50,133 bases of DNA from Nemertoderma westbladi (GCA_032718475.1 JAUCBJ010000796.1:1-50133), one strand, 5' to 3'. Counted from the stretch's first letter, positions 23,601 to 35,978 are shown. Notes: generated by a model from the sequence alone, not told the origin. Program-made: numbers and translations.

Positions 23601-26600
23601 TACCAACCCGTTCCCACAATGGCGTTCCAAACTTTGTATCCATTTCCCCCTATCAACCCGTTCCCAAAATGGCGTTCCAAACTTTGTATCCATTTCCCCC
23701 TATCAACCCGTTCCCACAATGGCGTTCCGAACTTTGTATCCATTTCCCCCTATCAACCCGTTCCGACAATGGCGTTCCGAACTTTGTATCCATTTTCCCT
23801 TACCAACCCGTTCCCACAATGGCGTTCCAAACTTTGTATCCATTTCCCCCTATCAACCCGTTCCCACAATGGCGTTCCAAACTTTGTATCCATTTCCCCC
23901 TATCAACCCGTTCCCACAATGGCGTTCCAAACTTTGTATCCATTTTTCCCTATCAACCCGTTCCCACAATGGCGTTCCGAACTTTGTATCCATTTCCCTT
24001 ACCAACCCGTTCCCACAATGGCGTTCCGAACTTTGTATCCATTTTCCCTTACCAACCCGTTCCCACAATGGCGTTCCGAACTTTGTACCCATTTTCCCTT
24101 ACCAACCCGTTCCCACAATGGCGTTCCAAACTTTGTATCCATTTTTCCCTATCAACCCATTCCCACAATGGCGTTCCAAACTTTGTATCCATTTCCCCCT
24201 ATCAACCCGTTCCCACAATGGCGTTCCAAACTTTGTATCCATTTTTCCCTATCAACCCGTTCCCACAATGGCGTTCCAAACTTTGTATCCATTTCCCCCT
24301 ATCAACCCGTTCCCACAATGGCGTTCCAAACTTTGTATCCATTTCCCCCAACCAACCCATTCCCACAATGGCGTTCCGAACTTTGTATCCATTTCCCTTA
24401 CCAACCCGTTCCCACAATGGTGTTCCGAACTTTGTATCCATTTTCCCTTACCAACCCGTTCCCACAATGGCGTTCCGAACTTTGTACCCATTTTCCCTTA
24501 CCAACCCGTTCCCACAATGGCGTTCCAAACTTTGTATCCATTTTTCCCTATCAACCCGTTCCCACAATGGCGTTCCGAACTTTGTATCCATTTCCCCCTA
24601 TCAACCCGTTCCCACAATGGCGTTCCAAACTTTGTATCCATTTCCCCCTATCATCCCGTTCCCACAATGGCGTTCCAAACTTTGTATCCATTTTCCCTTA
24701 CCAACCCGTTCCCACAATGGCGTTCCGAACTTTGTATCCATTTTCCCTTACCAACCCGTTCCCACAATGACGTTCCGAACTTTGTATCCATTTTCCCTTA
24801 CCAACCCATTCCCACAATGGCGTTCCGAACTTGTATCCATTTTTCCCTATCAACCCGTTCCCACAATGGCGTTCCGAACTTTGTACTCATTTTCCCTTAC
24901 CAACCCGTTCCCACAATGGCGTTCCAAACTTTGTATCCATTTTTCCCTATCAACCCGTTCCCACAATGGCGTTCCGAACTTTGTATCCATTTCCCCCTAT
25001 CAACCCGTTCCCACAATGGCGTTCCAAACTTTGTATCCATTTCCCCCTATCATCCCGTTCCCACAATGGCGTTCCAAACTTTGTATCCATTTTCCCTTAC
25101 CAACCCGTTCCCACAATGGCGTTCCGAACTTTGTATCCATTTTCCCTTACCAACCCGTTCCCACAATGGCGTTCCGAACTTTGTATCCATTTTCCCTTAC
25201 CAACCCGTTCCCACAATGGCGTTCCGAACTTGTATCCATTTTTCCCTATCAACCCGTTCCCACAATGGCGTTCCGAACTTTGTATCCATTTTTCCCTATC
25301 AACCCGTTCCCACAATGGCGTTCCAAACTTTGTATCCATTTTTCCCTATCAACCCGTTCCCACAATGGCGTTCCAAACTTTGTATCCATTTCCCCCTATC
25401 AACCCGTTCCCACAATGGCGTTCCAAACTTTGTATCCATTTCCCCCTATCAACCCGTTCCCACAATGGCGTTCCAAACTTTGTATCCATTTCCCCCTATC
25501 ATCCCGCTCCCACAATGGCGTTCCGAACTTTGTATCCATTTCCCCCTATCAACCCGTTCCCACAATGGTGTTCCGAACTTTGTATCCATTTTCCCTTACC
25601 AACCCGTTCCCACAATGGCGTTCCAAACTTTGTATCCATTTTTCCCTATCAACCCGTTCCCACAATGGTGTTCCGAACTTTGTATCCATTTCCCCCTATC
25701 AACCCGTTCCCACAATGGCGTTCCAAACTTTGTATCCATTTTCCCTTACCAACCCGTTCCCACAATGGCGTTCCAAACTTTGTATCCATTTTCCCTTACC
25801 AACCCGTTCCCACAATGGCGTTCCGAACTTTGTATCCATTTTCCCTTACCAACCCGTTCCCACAATGGCGTTCCGAACTTGTATCCATTTTTCCCTATCA
25901 ACCCGTTCCCACAATGGCGTTCCGAACTTTGTATCCATTTTTCCCTATCAACCCGTTCCCACAATGGCGTTCCAAACTTTGTATCCATTTTTCCCTATCA
26001 ACCCGTTCCCACAATGGCGTTCCAAACTTTGTATCCATTTCCCCCTATCAACCCGTTCCCACAATGGCGTTCCAAACTTTGTATCCATTTCCCCCTATCA
26101 ACCCGTTCCCACAATGGCGTTCCAAACTTTGTATCCATTTCCCCCTATCAACCCGTTCCCACAATGGCGTTCCGAACTTTGTATCCATTTCCCCCTATCA
26201 ACCCGTTCCCACAATGGCGTTCCGAACTTTGTATCCATTTTCCCTTACCAACCCGTTCCCACAATGGCGTTCCAAACTTTGTATCCATTTCCCCCTATCA
26301 ACCCGTTCCCACAATGGCGTTCCAAACTTTGTATCCATTTCCCCCTATCAACCCGTTCCCACAATGGCGTTCCGAACTTTGTATCCATTTTCCCTTACCA
26401 ACCCGTTCCCAAAATGGCGTTCCAAACTTTGTATCCATTTCCCCCTATCAACCCGTTCCCACAATGGCGTTCCGAACTTTGTATCCATTTCCCCCTATCA
26501 ACCCGTTCCGACAATGGCGTTCCGAACTTTGTATCCATTTTCCCTTACCAACCCGTTCCCACAATGGCGTTCCAAACTTTGTATCCATTTCCCCCTATCA

Positions 26601-29355
26601 ACCCATTCCCACAATGGCGTTCCGAACTTTGTATCCATGTTCCCTTACCAACCCGTTCCCACAATGGCGTTCCAAACTTTGTATCCATTTCCCCCTATCA
26701 ACCCGTTCCCACAATGGTGTTCCGAACTTTGTATCCATTTTCCCTTACCAACCCGTTCCCACAATGGCGTTCCAAACTTTGTATCCATTTTTCCCTATCA
26801 ACCCGTTCCCACAATGGCGTTCCGAACTTTGTATCCATTTCCCCCTATCAACCCGTTCCCACAATGGCGTTCCAAACTTTGTATCCATTTTCCCTTACCA
26901 ACCCGTTCCCACAATGGCGTTCCAAACTTTGTATCCATTTTCCCTTACCAACCCGTTCCCACAATGGCGTTCCGAACTTTGTATCCATTTTCCCTTACCA
27001 ACCCGTTCCCACAATGGCGTTCCGAACTTTGTATCCATTTTCCCTTACCAACCCGTTCCCACAATGGCGTTCCGAACTTGTATCCATTTTTCCCTATCAA
27101 CCCGTTCCCACAATGGCGTTCCGAACTTTGTATCCATTTTTCCCTATCAACCCGTTCCCACAATGGCGTTCCAAACTTTGTATCCATTTTTCCCTATCAA
27201 CCCGTTCCCACAATGGCGTTCCAAACTTTGTATCCATTTCCCCCTATCAACCCGTTCCCACAATGGCGTTCCAAACTTTGTATCCATTTCCCCCTATCAA
27301 CCCGTTCCCACAATGGCGTTCCAAACTTTGTATCCATTTCCCCCTATCAACCCGTTCCCACAATGGCGTTCCGAACTTTGTATCCATTTCCCCCTATCAA
27401 CCCGTTCCCACAATGGCGTTCCGAACTTTGTATCCATTTTCCCTTACCAACCCGTTCCCACAATGGCGTTCCAAACTTTGTATCCATTTCCCCCTATCAA
27501 CCCGTTCCCACAATGGCGTTCCAAACTTTGTATCCATTTCCCCCTATCAACCCGTTCCCACAATGGCGTTCCGAACTTTGTATCCATTTTCCCTTACCAA
27601 CCCGTTCCCAAAATGGCGTTCCAAACTTTGTATCCATTTCCCCCTATCAACCCGTTCCCACAATGGCGTTCCGAACTTTGTATCCATTTCCCCCTATCAA
27701 CCCGTTCCGACAATGGCGTTCCGAACTTTGTATCCATTTTCCCTTACCAACCCGTTCCCACAATGGCATTCCAAACTTTGTATCCATTTCCCCCTATCAA
27801 CCCGTTCCCACAATGGCGTTCCGAACTTTGTATCCATTTTCCCTTACCAACCCGTTCCCACAATGGCGTTCCAAACTTTGTATCCATTTCCCCCTATCAA
27901 CCCGTTCCCACAATGGTGTTCCGAACTTTGTATCCATTTTCCCTTACCAACCCGTTCCCACAATGGCGTTCCAAACTTTGTATCCATTTTTCCCTATCAA
28001 CCCGTTCCCACAATGGCGTTCCGAACTTTGTATCCATTTCCCCCTATCAACCCGTTCCCACAATGGCGTTCCAAACTTTGTATCCATTTTCCCTTACCAA
28101 CCCGTTCCCACAATGGCGTTCCGAACTTTGTATCCATTTTCCCTTACCAACCCGTTCCCACAATGGCGTTCCGAACTTTGTATCCATTTTCCCTTACCAA
28201 CCCGTTCCCACAATGGCGTTCCGAACTTGTATCCATTTTTCCCTATCAACCCGTTCCCACAATGGCGTTCCGAACTTTGTATCCATTTTTCCCTATCAAC
28301 CCGTTCCCACAATGGCGTTCCAAACTTTGTATCCATTTTTCCCTATCAACCCGTTCCCACAATGGCGTTCCGAACTTTGTATCCATTTTCCCTTACCAAC
28401 CCGTTCCCACAATGGCGTTCCAAACTTTGTATCCATTTTTCCCTATCAACCCGTTCCCACAATGGCGTTCCGAACTTTGTATCCATTTCCCCCTATCATC
28501 CCGCTCCCACAATGGCGTTCCAAACTTTGTATCCATTTTTCCCTATCAACCCGTTCCCACAATGGCGTTCCAAACTTTGTATCCATTTCCCCCTATCAAC
28601 CCGTTCCCACAATGGCGTTCCAAACTTTGTATCCATTTCTCCCTATCAACCCGTTCCCACAATGGCGTTCCAAACTTTGTATCCATTTCCCCCTATCAAC
28701 CCGTTCCCACAATGGCGTTCCGAACTTTGTATCCATTTCCCCCTATCAACCCGTTCCCACAATGGCGTTCCGAACTTTGTATCCATTTTCCCTTACCAAC
28801 CCGTTCCCACAATGGTGTTCCGAACTTTGTATCCATTTTCCCTTACCAACCCGTTCCCACAATGGCGTTCCGAACTTTGTATCCATTTCCCCTTACCAAC
28901 CCGTTCCCACAATGGCGTTCCAAACTTTGTATCCATTTCCCCCTATCAACCCGTTCCCACAATGGCGTTCCAAACTTTGTATCCATTTCCCCCTATCAAC
29001 CCGTTCCCACAATGGCGTTCCGAACTTTGTATCCATTTCCCCTTACCAACCCGTTCCCACAATGGCGTTCCAAACTTTGTATCCATTTCCCCCTATCAAC
29101 CCGTTCCCACAATGGCGTTCCAAACTTTGTATCCATTTCCCCCTATCAACCCGTTCCCACAATGGCGTTCCGAACTTTGTATCCATTTCCCCCTATCAAC
29201 CCGTTCCCACAATGGCGTTCCAAACTTTGTATCCATTTCCCCCTATCAACCCGTTCCCACAATGGCGTTCCGAACTTTGTATCCATTTCCCCCTATCAAC
29301 CCGTTCCCACAATGGCGTTCCTAACTATGTATCCATTTTCCCCAACCAACCCATT
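20611..29355. repeat. 50-bp satellite, ~175 units, ~8.7 kb, in MANF intron 2
   Basis: Consensus CAACCCGTTCCCACAATGGCGTTCCRAACTTTGTATCCATTTYYCCYTAY with occasional 49-bp units; preceded by a poly-C tract at ~20595-20611. Confidence 0.98.
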
Positions 29356-29479
29356 ATTAAGGTAGGCGGTGCATCACTATTCTCATTCAATTGACCCATA
29401 AAGGAATATAGGAGGAATACCTTATTATTAATAAACAATTAATAGTTGTAATTGTATTGTTGTAATTATTCATTAATTA

Positions 29480-30066
29480 GTAATAATAGCATACGGAGAA
29501 ATGTTTATTGTGGATAATGTGGAATAAAAAAACCGAACCATAGAAAATTAATTAACGCTTTTATTCTTAAATTGTTACTTTTTCGCTCGAATTTAGATCA
29601 AAATCGGGAGAAAAAGTTGCACTTTTCTTCCCTAGGGAAAAAAGTAACCAATAGGATTGCATTGATTTTACGTTTTTCCCGGCGAAAAAGGTAAAATAAA
29701 ATATTTTTGGTGGTATTTCTTAAATTTTATTACAATGTGTTGAAAGAGCCTCGAAGTAGAAAAGGTTTGCAACCAATTTGAGCAAAATCCATTCACAAAC
29801 TCGACTCAAAAGTTATTCCAACTTCAATGTAGTTAAATACTAGTTCAATTTATTTTGCAACACTATATCGCTCTATCTTATATTAAAGATTTGAACAACA
29901 AAAAGTACCAATTCAAGAATAAAATTACGCATTACATGGGAAAAAGACGTAGAACATTTTTTCCCTATTCTCTCGACCCTTTATTAACCTCGCTGACGCT
30001 CGGTAAATAAAATACCTCGAGAATAATGAAAAAGTTATACTTTTTTTCCCATGTAATAAATAATTA
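29480..30066. mobile_element. Hairpin-ended dispersed DNA element, family B; boundaries approximate
   Basis: Hairpin ATTACATGGGAAAAA (29931) ... TTTTTCCCATGTAAT (~30057) centred on CCTCGCTGACGCTCGG; homologous in reverse orientation to 4066-4296. Confidence 0.55.
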
Positions 30067-30294
30067 TTTGTATGGATCAAGTTAAAAAAATGTTCTATTT
30101 AAGAAAAATTCAAATTCCATTTCATTCCTGAACTATTTTTGGTGGTATTAACATACTGACATACCGGTAGTTAAATTGTCAGATATAAATAATTGGTGCC
30201 ATAGAAAAATATATTTGACGCCGAGTAAATAAATTATGTGTTAAATCACCGAATTTGAGGTTGAGTTGGTGGCGATATTACTAAATTTACTTAC

Positions 30295-30419
30295 AAAACG
30301 CTCTTCCTTTCCTTTCATTCCTTTACAGATACTTCGCAACTTCGTTTCAACAGATGTTTTGCTTTTCCTATCTGAGTCAGTAAGTTGGGCTGCAAACTGG
30401 TCGACAGTAGCTATACAAA
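30295..30419 (-). CDS. MANF: MANF/ARMET exon 2
   Basis: TTCTAG| acceptor and |GTAAGT donor, 125 nt. Encodes (V)CIATVDQFAAQLTDSDRKSKTSVETKLRSICKGMKGKEERF, matching the MANF pattern VC...C...GKENRL. Phases fit exons 1 and 3. Confidence 0.9.
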
Positions 30420-30809
30420 CTAGAACAAATATATAAGAATATATAATTTACTAACTCCTGGATAAATAATTATGATTTACATATGGAATACTGGGTAAAT
30501 TCCCCTATATTTACCTATGATATTGATATTATCTATGAACACTGAAATAAAAGGGTTTAACTCGCCAAATTCCAGCAAACACCATGTGATACTCACAGCT
30601 AGACTACAAACAATTGCAACGACACAAAACCTACCTAGTTTTTGCTAGCGGTAGGCCTATTCAATTAATTTCATACTCTGGTATCTGGTAATGCAGTAAT
30701 GACAATGGCAGTGGCAGCATGGTAAACGATTCCATATTTAGATCTGAATATCAGTATTATAGTTTTGCACTGTTTCATCCTTCCTTCCGCTTCCACCGTC
30801 TGACCTTAC

Positions 30810-30918
30810 CTTCGCAATGTCTAGCATCAGTTTGTTTGGCGTTGAGTGTTTTCGTAAGAAATACAAATAATATTGCAACTCCCCACAATAAGTAACTGTG
30901 GTCCCGGTATGAAGACAT
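30810..30918 (-). CDS. MANF: MANF/ARMET exon 1 (signal peptide)
   Basis: ATG at 30918; MSSYRDHSYLLWGVAILFVFLTKTLNAKQTDARHCE + G|GTAAGG. Hydrophobic signal peptide; splicing recreates the conserved CEVC. Confidence 0.88.
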
Positions 30919-31455
30919 CGCACCGCAGTTCTGAATAAATAATAACTAATACTCGACCGTTTATCTACCGTTAGAACGACCGTACCGGTTCCAGTCTGCC
31001 AGTCCAAACAGCCAAATGTAGAATGTGTTTCTTTCTGTTTGGTTGTATGTCAGTATGTAACTGTACGGTTGACGGTACGCTAGCGGATAGGTACTGGGTA
31101 CCTGGGTACAGCTGTACAGACTTACAGAGGTGTAAGGTGTACTGACTCAGTATCAGTCAGTACCGATCTGCCGATAGCCTACTTTTTAAACACTGCAAGT
31201 ACTGAAGTAACTGGTAGCACTACAGTAATAACCAGCTACAGAGCTAACAATCAATATACCGGTTCTTCAATACACTGCACAGCTGCAATAGGCATATCTC
31301 AGTATCTCAGTATCTACTGCTGTACGGTACTGGGTATTTCTGTATTTCTCTAAAACTACCACATGCCAGATAGGCCTACTGCAGTACTGAGATAACAGGA
31401 TAGCCATATGGTTGTAATCGTGTTATATTGTGCGGATCCCACCTAAGATACACAA

Positions 31456-31474
31456 CGAGGCACTTTGTGATTGG
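31456..31474 (-). promoter_or_regulatory. ERSE-like ER-stress element upstream of MANF
   Basis: Minus strand reads CCAAT-CACAAAGTG-CCTCG versus the consensus CCAAT-N9-CCACG (1 mismatch). Further CCAAT/ATTGG boxes at 31481 and ~31508. Confidence 0.45.
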
Positions 31475-31914
31475 TTGCTACCAATAATGTTAGGAACTTT
31501 CTTTTCATTGGTACTAAACATCCTAGTATAATTTCAAATTAATTAAATAGAGCATTATCGCCTTTAGACAGTTAGAGACTCGCGCTTTCAGATGAGCTGT
31601 TTTATAAGTTTAATTTGACAAAAAACTCAGCGTCAACGATCTACGAACGAACTACATCACCTCAAGGCCATCTAAATAAGTTGTTTAGTTAGATGATGGC
31701 CTTGTATAACCTCTACAAGCACGGTATCGCTGCTTGCATGTCTGTCTAGCATAAAGTACATCTATTGCTCACCACCTCAATGGACACTGCTACAAAACTT
31801 TTGACGGCGGTTATATTTCCGGCAGTAAGTCATGTGGAGGCATTATTTGGCAACGGCTCAGCTGAGTCACTACATCTCTACATCCCCCAGAGCGTTATTA
31901 AAGTACGGGGGTTT

Positions 31915-32491
31915 TATGAGGCGCCGTTAACGCCAAAAGGTCAGCAATAATATTAAAGGTTTTAAAAAGAATATTAGAGAATTTCAAAACATATTTTCGG
32001 CCGAAATTTCGGCCGAAATATTTTATTACATTTTTTCAGCTCTTTCATTTGATGTCATTTTCGGCCGAAATTTCGACCGAAATTTCGGCCGAAATATTTT
32101 GTTACATTTTCTTCAGCTCTTTCATTTGATGTCATTTTCGGCCGAAATCTCGACCGAAATTTCGGCCGAAATCTCGACCGAAATTTCGGCCGAAATCTCG
32201 ACCGAAATTTCGGCCGAAAATGTCATCAAATGGAAGAGCTGAAAATGTAAAAATATTTCGGTCGAGATTTCGGCCGAAATTTCGGCCGAAAATGACATCA
32301 AATTGAAGAGCTGAAAAAATGTAATAATATATTTCGGCCGAAAATTCAGTCGAAATTTCGGCCAAAAATGTCATCAAATGGAAGAGCTGAAAATGTAATA
32401 AAAATGATTAACAATGTTTTGAAATTCTCTAATATTCTTTTTAAAACCTTTAATATTATTGCTGACCTTTTGGCGTTAACAGCGCCTCATA
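31915..32491. mobile_element. Foldback/MITE-like element, near-perfect 577-bp palindrome
   Basis: 78-bp inverted arms 31915-31992 / 32414-32491 (1 mismatch). Interior consists of inverted modules and TTTCGGCCGAAA palindromes. TSD not identified. Confidence 0.8.
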
Positions 32492-33339
32492 GGGTTTTAC
32501 TGGAAACTCTGGTCGGTCCTATCCAAATATGCGTCAACAATTACGATCCTACGAGCGGTTGACAACCCAAAGAATTCCGACACATCATTGGTCAATTTGC
32601 TAGCAAAGGGACGCCGCTTTGCGGTGCAGTTCCTATCAAACGCTTTCATCAAAAGATTTGCTGCGCCAATAAATGTTCGGAGACCGGTCACAAGATGTAT
32701 CCAACTTGCTTGAGAAGGAGTACAGTCCATGTATAAAATGTGTAAATCTGATTGGTGAAAAATATGTAACTCTTGAGATGTTGCGTGAAAAATATGTAAG
32801 TGACGGGATATATATTGGCAAGGGACATGGCATTTTTGATAGAACATTTTTTAATTGATGCCTTTTCTAATCGACTTTCGTAAATCATTCGACTTCAAAC
32901 AATGTAAATTTATTTTCTATTTTGTCGCTGTAAATTTTTTTAATCTCTTCAATAATACTACAATATGGCCTCTACTACATTACTGTTCATGTATCTATAA
33001 TAATGTATCTTCATGACCTGAAATAGTAGGTCATGGTATCTTATTTATGTGTTTCTGTTACTCTTATCAATCACGATCATCCAATTTATTGTTTTTATAT
33101 ACATATAATTATATAAATCATATATCATAATCATATAATTATATACAATAAAATTATATTGTTCCATTAACAGTTATACTGAAATTAATTTCACTTCAAT
33201 AAGCAATTACAATTTTTATTAAGCACACACTCAGAGTGAATGCCATATTCTAAAAAATACTATGAAATATACTAATAACACTTTCTAAACCGACAGGCAG
33301 CCGAATTCATCAAGTTTCAATTGTTTTTTAGCTGAAGCT

Positions 33340-33800
33340 TCTTGTTGCCTCCTAAGGTTGGTGTTAAGTTTTCTATAACAATGATCCAGAATGCGTCTCA
33401 GGCAGAATACATGAGTAGACAGACGGTTTCATTTTGTTTAGAAAAGATGGAAAACTAGTGATTTCTTTATTAAATTGTTCAACGACTTGTGTGTTGCGAT
33501 TTTTAATTCTGGTATTAAATTAACTCGACGTAGATGTTCAACAATTATCCTGATGAAATCATCAAATAAACACAGGTATTCAGAAGATTTCGAAACAGGA
33601 TGAATTTGACTAAATCTTCTGGAACTCCTCATAGAATTGTTTTCTATTGCAGCGCGAGATACTCACTATATTGCTCTGGAATCACCGCAGGAACCTGTTG
33701 TTAGGAAATTTATAGGTTTTTTTTCCAACTCAGAGATTTCCAGAAACAGCCAGTTGAATATTGTCACTAATTGTTATAGAATACTGTACATGTATCAAGT
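33340..33800 (-). pseudogene. Decayed KDZ/Zisupton-type (HMGXB3-like) transposase C-terminal fragment
   Basis: Stitching frames gives HPVSKSSEYLCLFD-FHQDN...EHLRRVNLIPELK-NRNTQVVEQFNKEI..FLNKMKP, resembling the recalled KDZ D.FH..N / NTQ..EQ.N pattern. Contains frameshifts and stops. Confidence 0.5.
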
Positions 33801-34004
33801 TTGGATCCATTTCATCAAAGATTGACTGACTTATTAGCGTTCAAACGTTTCCAACGACGACGGCTAGAACGGGTGGGTGCACTAACTACACACCTACGCT
33901 AAGGCCCAATGGCTAATGGCTATCGCCCACATGTCTAACGCAGAATTCATCACTACAGATAGCAGCACTAAACCAAAGTAATACAAACTAGGGTAGTTGT
34001 TACC

Positions 34005-35772
34005 TACTACTACTACTACTAGGATCGGCATGCTGCATTGCAGCTGCATTTTTAGGAATGCTGTGCCGGCTTGTCAACAAAATTGCACCGCCACAACTCC
34101 CTATCACCCATGACATTTGCTAGATCATCCGCATCTTTAAGGCCAGTGTCCTTTAAGATGCGTCTCAAGAAAGTCATGGGCTGTCCACCATGCTTATTCA
34201 CTCCATGAGGCTGCCAAAGTACAAGATTATGCACTGGCTGGTCCTCACGGCGAAAGCAATGTCCTGCAAAGCGGAGGCGATTTTGTTCTATTGTCAAGCT
34301 TGGGGGAACCAATGAGACACCTCCAATGTTATATAATGTCTGGTTGGAGATGTGTGCATTGTACTTGACACAATGAACCCGGCGTAGCATTCTTGTGAAT
34401 GTGCCATCCAGAGATTTGGTGTCCTCAGCAGTTAGAGCCCAGCATGGACTCCCGTAGAGGAGTACTGGAACTACTGCTGCTCTAAATAATCGGACCTTAA
34501 GTTTCCGATTAATTCTCGGTGACTTCCAAATCCTGGAAAGCCTATTCAAGGCTGCCCATGCCTTTCCCTTACGTATTCGAAGGTCCTCACCTGACTTCCG
34601 GATCCATGATCCCAGGTAACAGAAGTCGTCCACATGCTCAAGCATACCATCCTTTGAGCTTATGCTCATCCGATCAGAGACTTGCTGAGGACTTTCAAAG
34701 TTAACTGTCAGAATTTTGGTCTTTCTGGAGTTAATAAAAAGACCAACACTAGAAGCAGCATGTTCTAATGAGCTGAGGAGCCGTTGGGCTCCCTCTAATG
34801 ATTCTGAGAGTACTCCTAAGTCATCAGCAAAGTCTAGATCAGTTAGGTACTTGGCAGGAATTCCTCGACTTCTGGAGCCAGTAGGTGGAGTTATCATCAC
34901 CCCATCATCATTATGATGATCTAAGGACACCATGGTCCCACGACCTTTACGGAACCCATTCTGATTTCCACGGAGCAGTCTCTCAATGGGATCCCTGATG
35001 CGATTTAATAGAATCCTATTGTATAGCTTTGCAGCAATCGAGATCAATGAGATTCCCCGAAAAGAACCATAGAGTGTTAGGTTGCCCTTCTTGGGAACTG
35101 GCACCAACTTATTTGTTTTCATTTCTTGTGGGACTCTTGTTGTTCGATACATGTCTACTATGATGGGATAGATGAGCTTTAAACACTCAGGTATTTTAAA
35201 GACCTCAGGGGGAACACCATCTACTCCACTGGCACGATTGGTCTTAATGCTCTTTGCAGCAGCCTTCACTTCTGCAAAGGAGATATCGCCAATGGGAATA
35301 TCTGGGAGTACAGACTCAGACACTTTTACTTCTATAAAGTTATCTGGCAATACCCTGTCATTATTGAGGAGCTTTTCAAAGTGGGCTTTCCAACCATTGA
35401 GGCGATCGGCTGGTGATTCAGCCTTAACCTTGGTGGTTGGTTGGCTTTTCCGCCCAGTAAGCAGATTGATCGATTTCCATGCCTGGGATGATTGCCTGCT
35501 GTCGTCAGCATCATTGATGGCATCAACCTGTTGGTTTATTAGCTCCTGTAGATTAACAGAGTACTGCCTGTTCAGGGACCTAGATGCAGCCTTAACTGCA
35601 TTCTTGGCCGCTAAAGTCTGTTTGAGTCGGGACTCTTTCTGCGCCTTATGAAGGTCGTTTCGGCACTTTTGAATTTTGTTGTCAGTCCAGGGGGCCCTTT
35701 TCCTGTTTCGAGGGTATACAGGAACTGTTTCTGCAGCTGCTAACTTAACTGCTTCTGTAAAGGCAGTATACT
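34005..35772 (-). mobile_element. 5'-truncated RTE-like non-LTR retrotransposon
   Basis: Frame open from ~35770 to 34052 with ASGVDGVPPE, PVPKKG..FRGISL, NQNGFRKGR, DLDFADD, FCYLGS and LLYG. (AGT)n 3' tail at 34005-34021. Flanked by a 28-bp direct repeat (33977-34004 / 35773-35800). Confidence 0.9.
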
Positions 35773-35978
35773 AGTAATACAAACTAGGGTAGTTGTTACC
35801 AATTAATTATTAATGGGTAACAAAAATGGCAAAACTATTTTGAAAGAAAATCTAGAGTGACGATTATTGCATATGTTCCACGTATATATTGCAAACAATA
35901 CCTTGCTTATAAATTGCTTACATATTTTTCACCTATCAGATTTACACATATTGCATATGGACTGTACCTCTGCAGACT

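Noticed and set aside
20515-29394. Giant 2959-, 2939-, 1497- and 895-aa ORFs as protein-coding genes
   Set aside because: They are translations of a stop-free 50-bp satellite inside the MANF intron; all three frames give the same permuted peptide.
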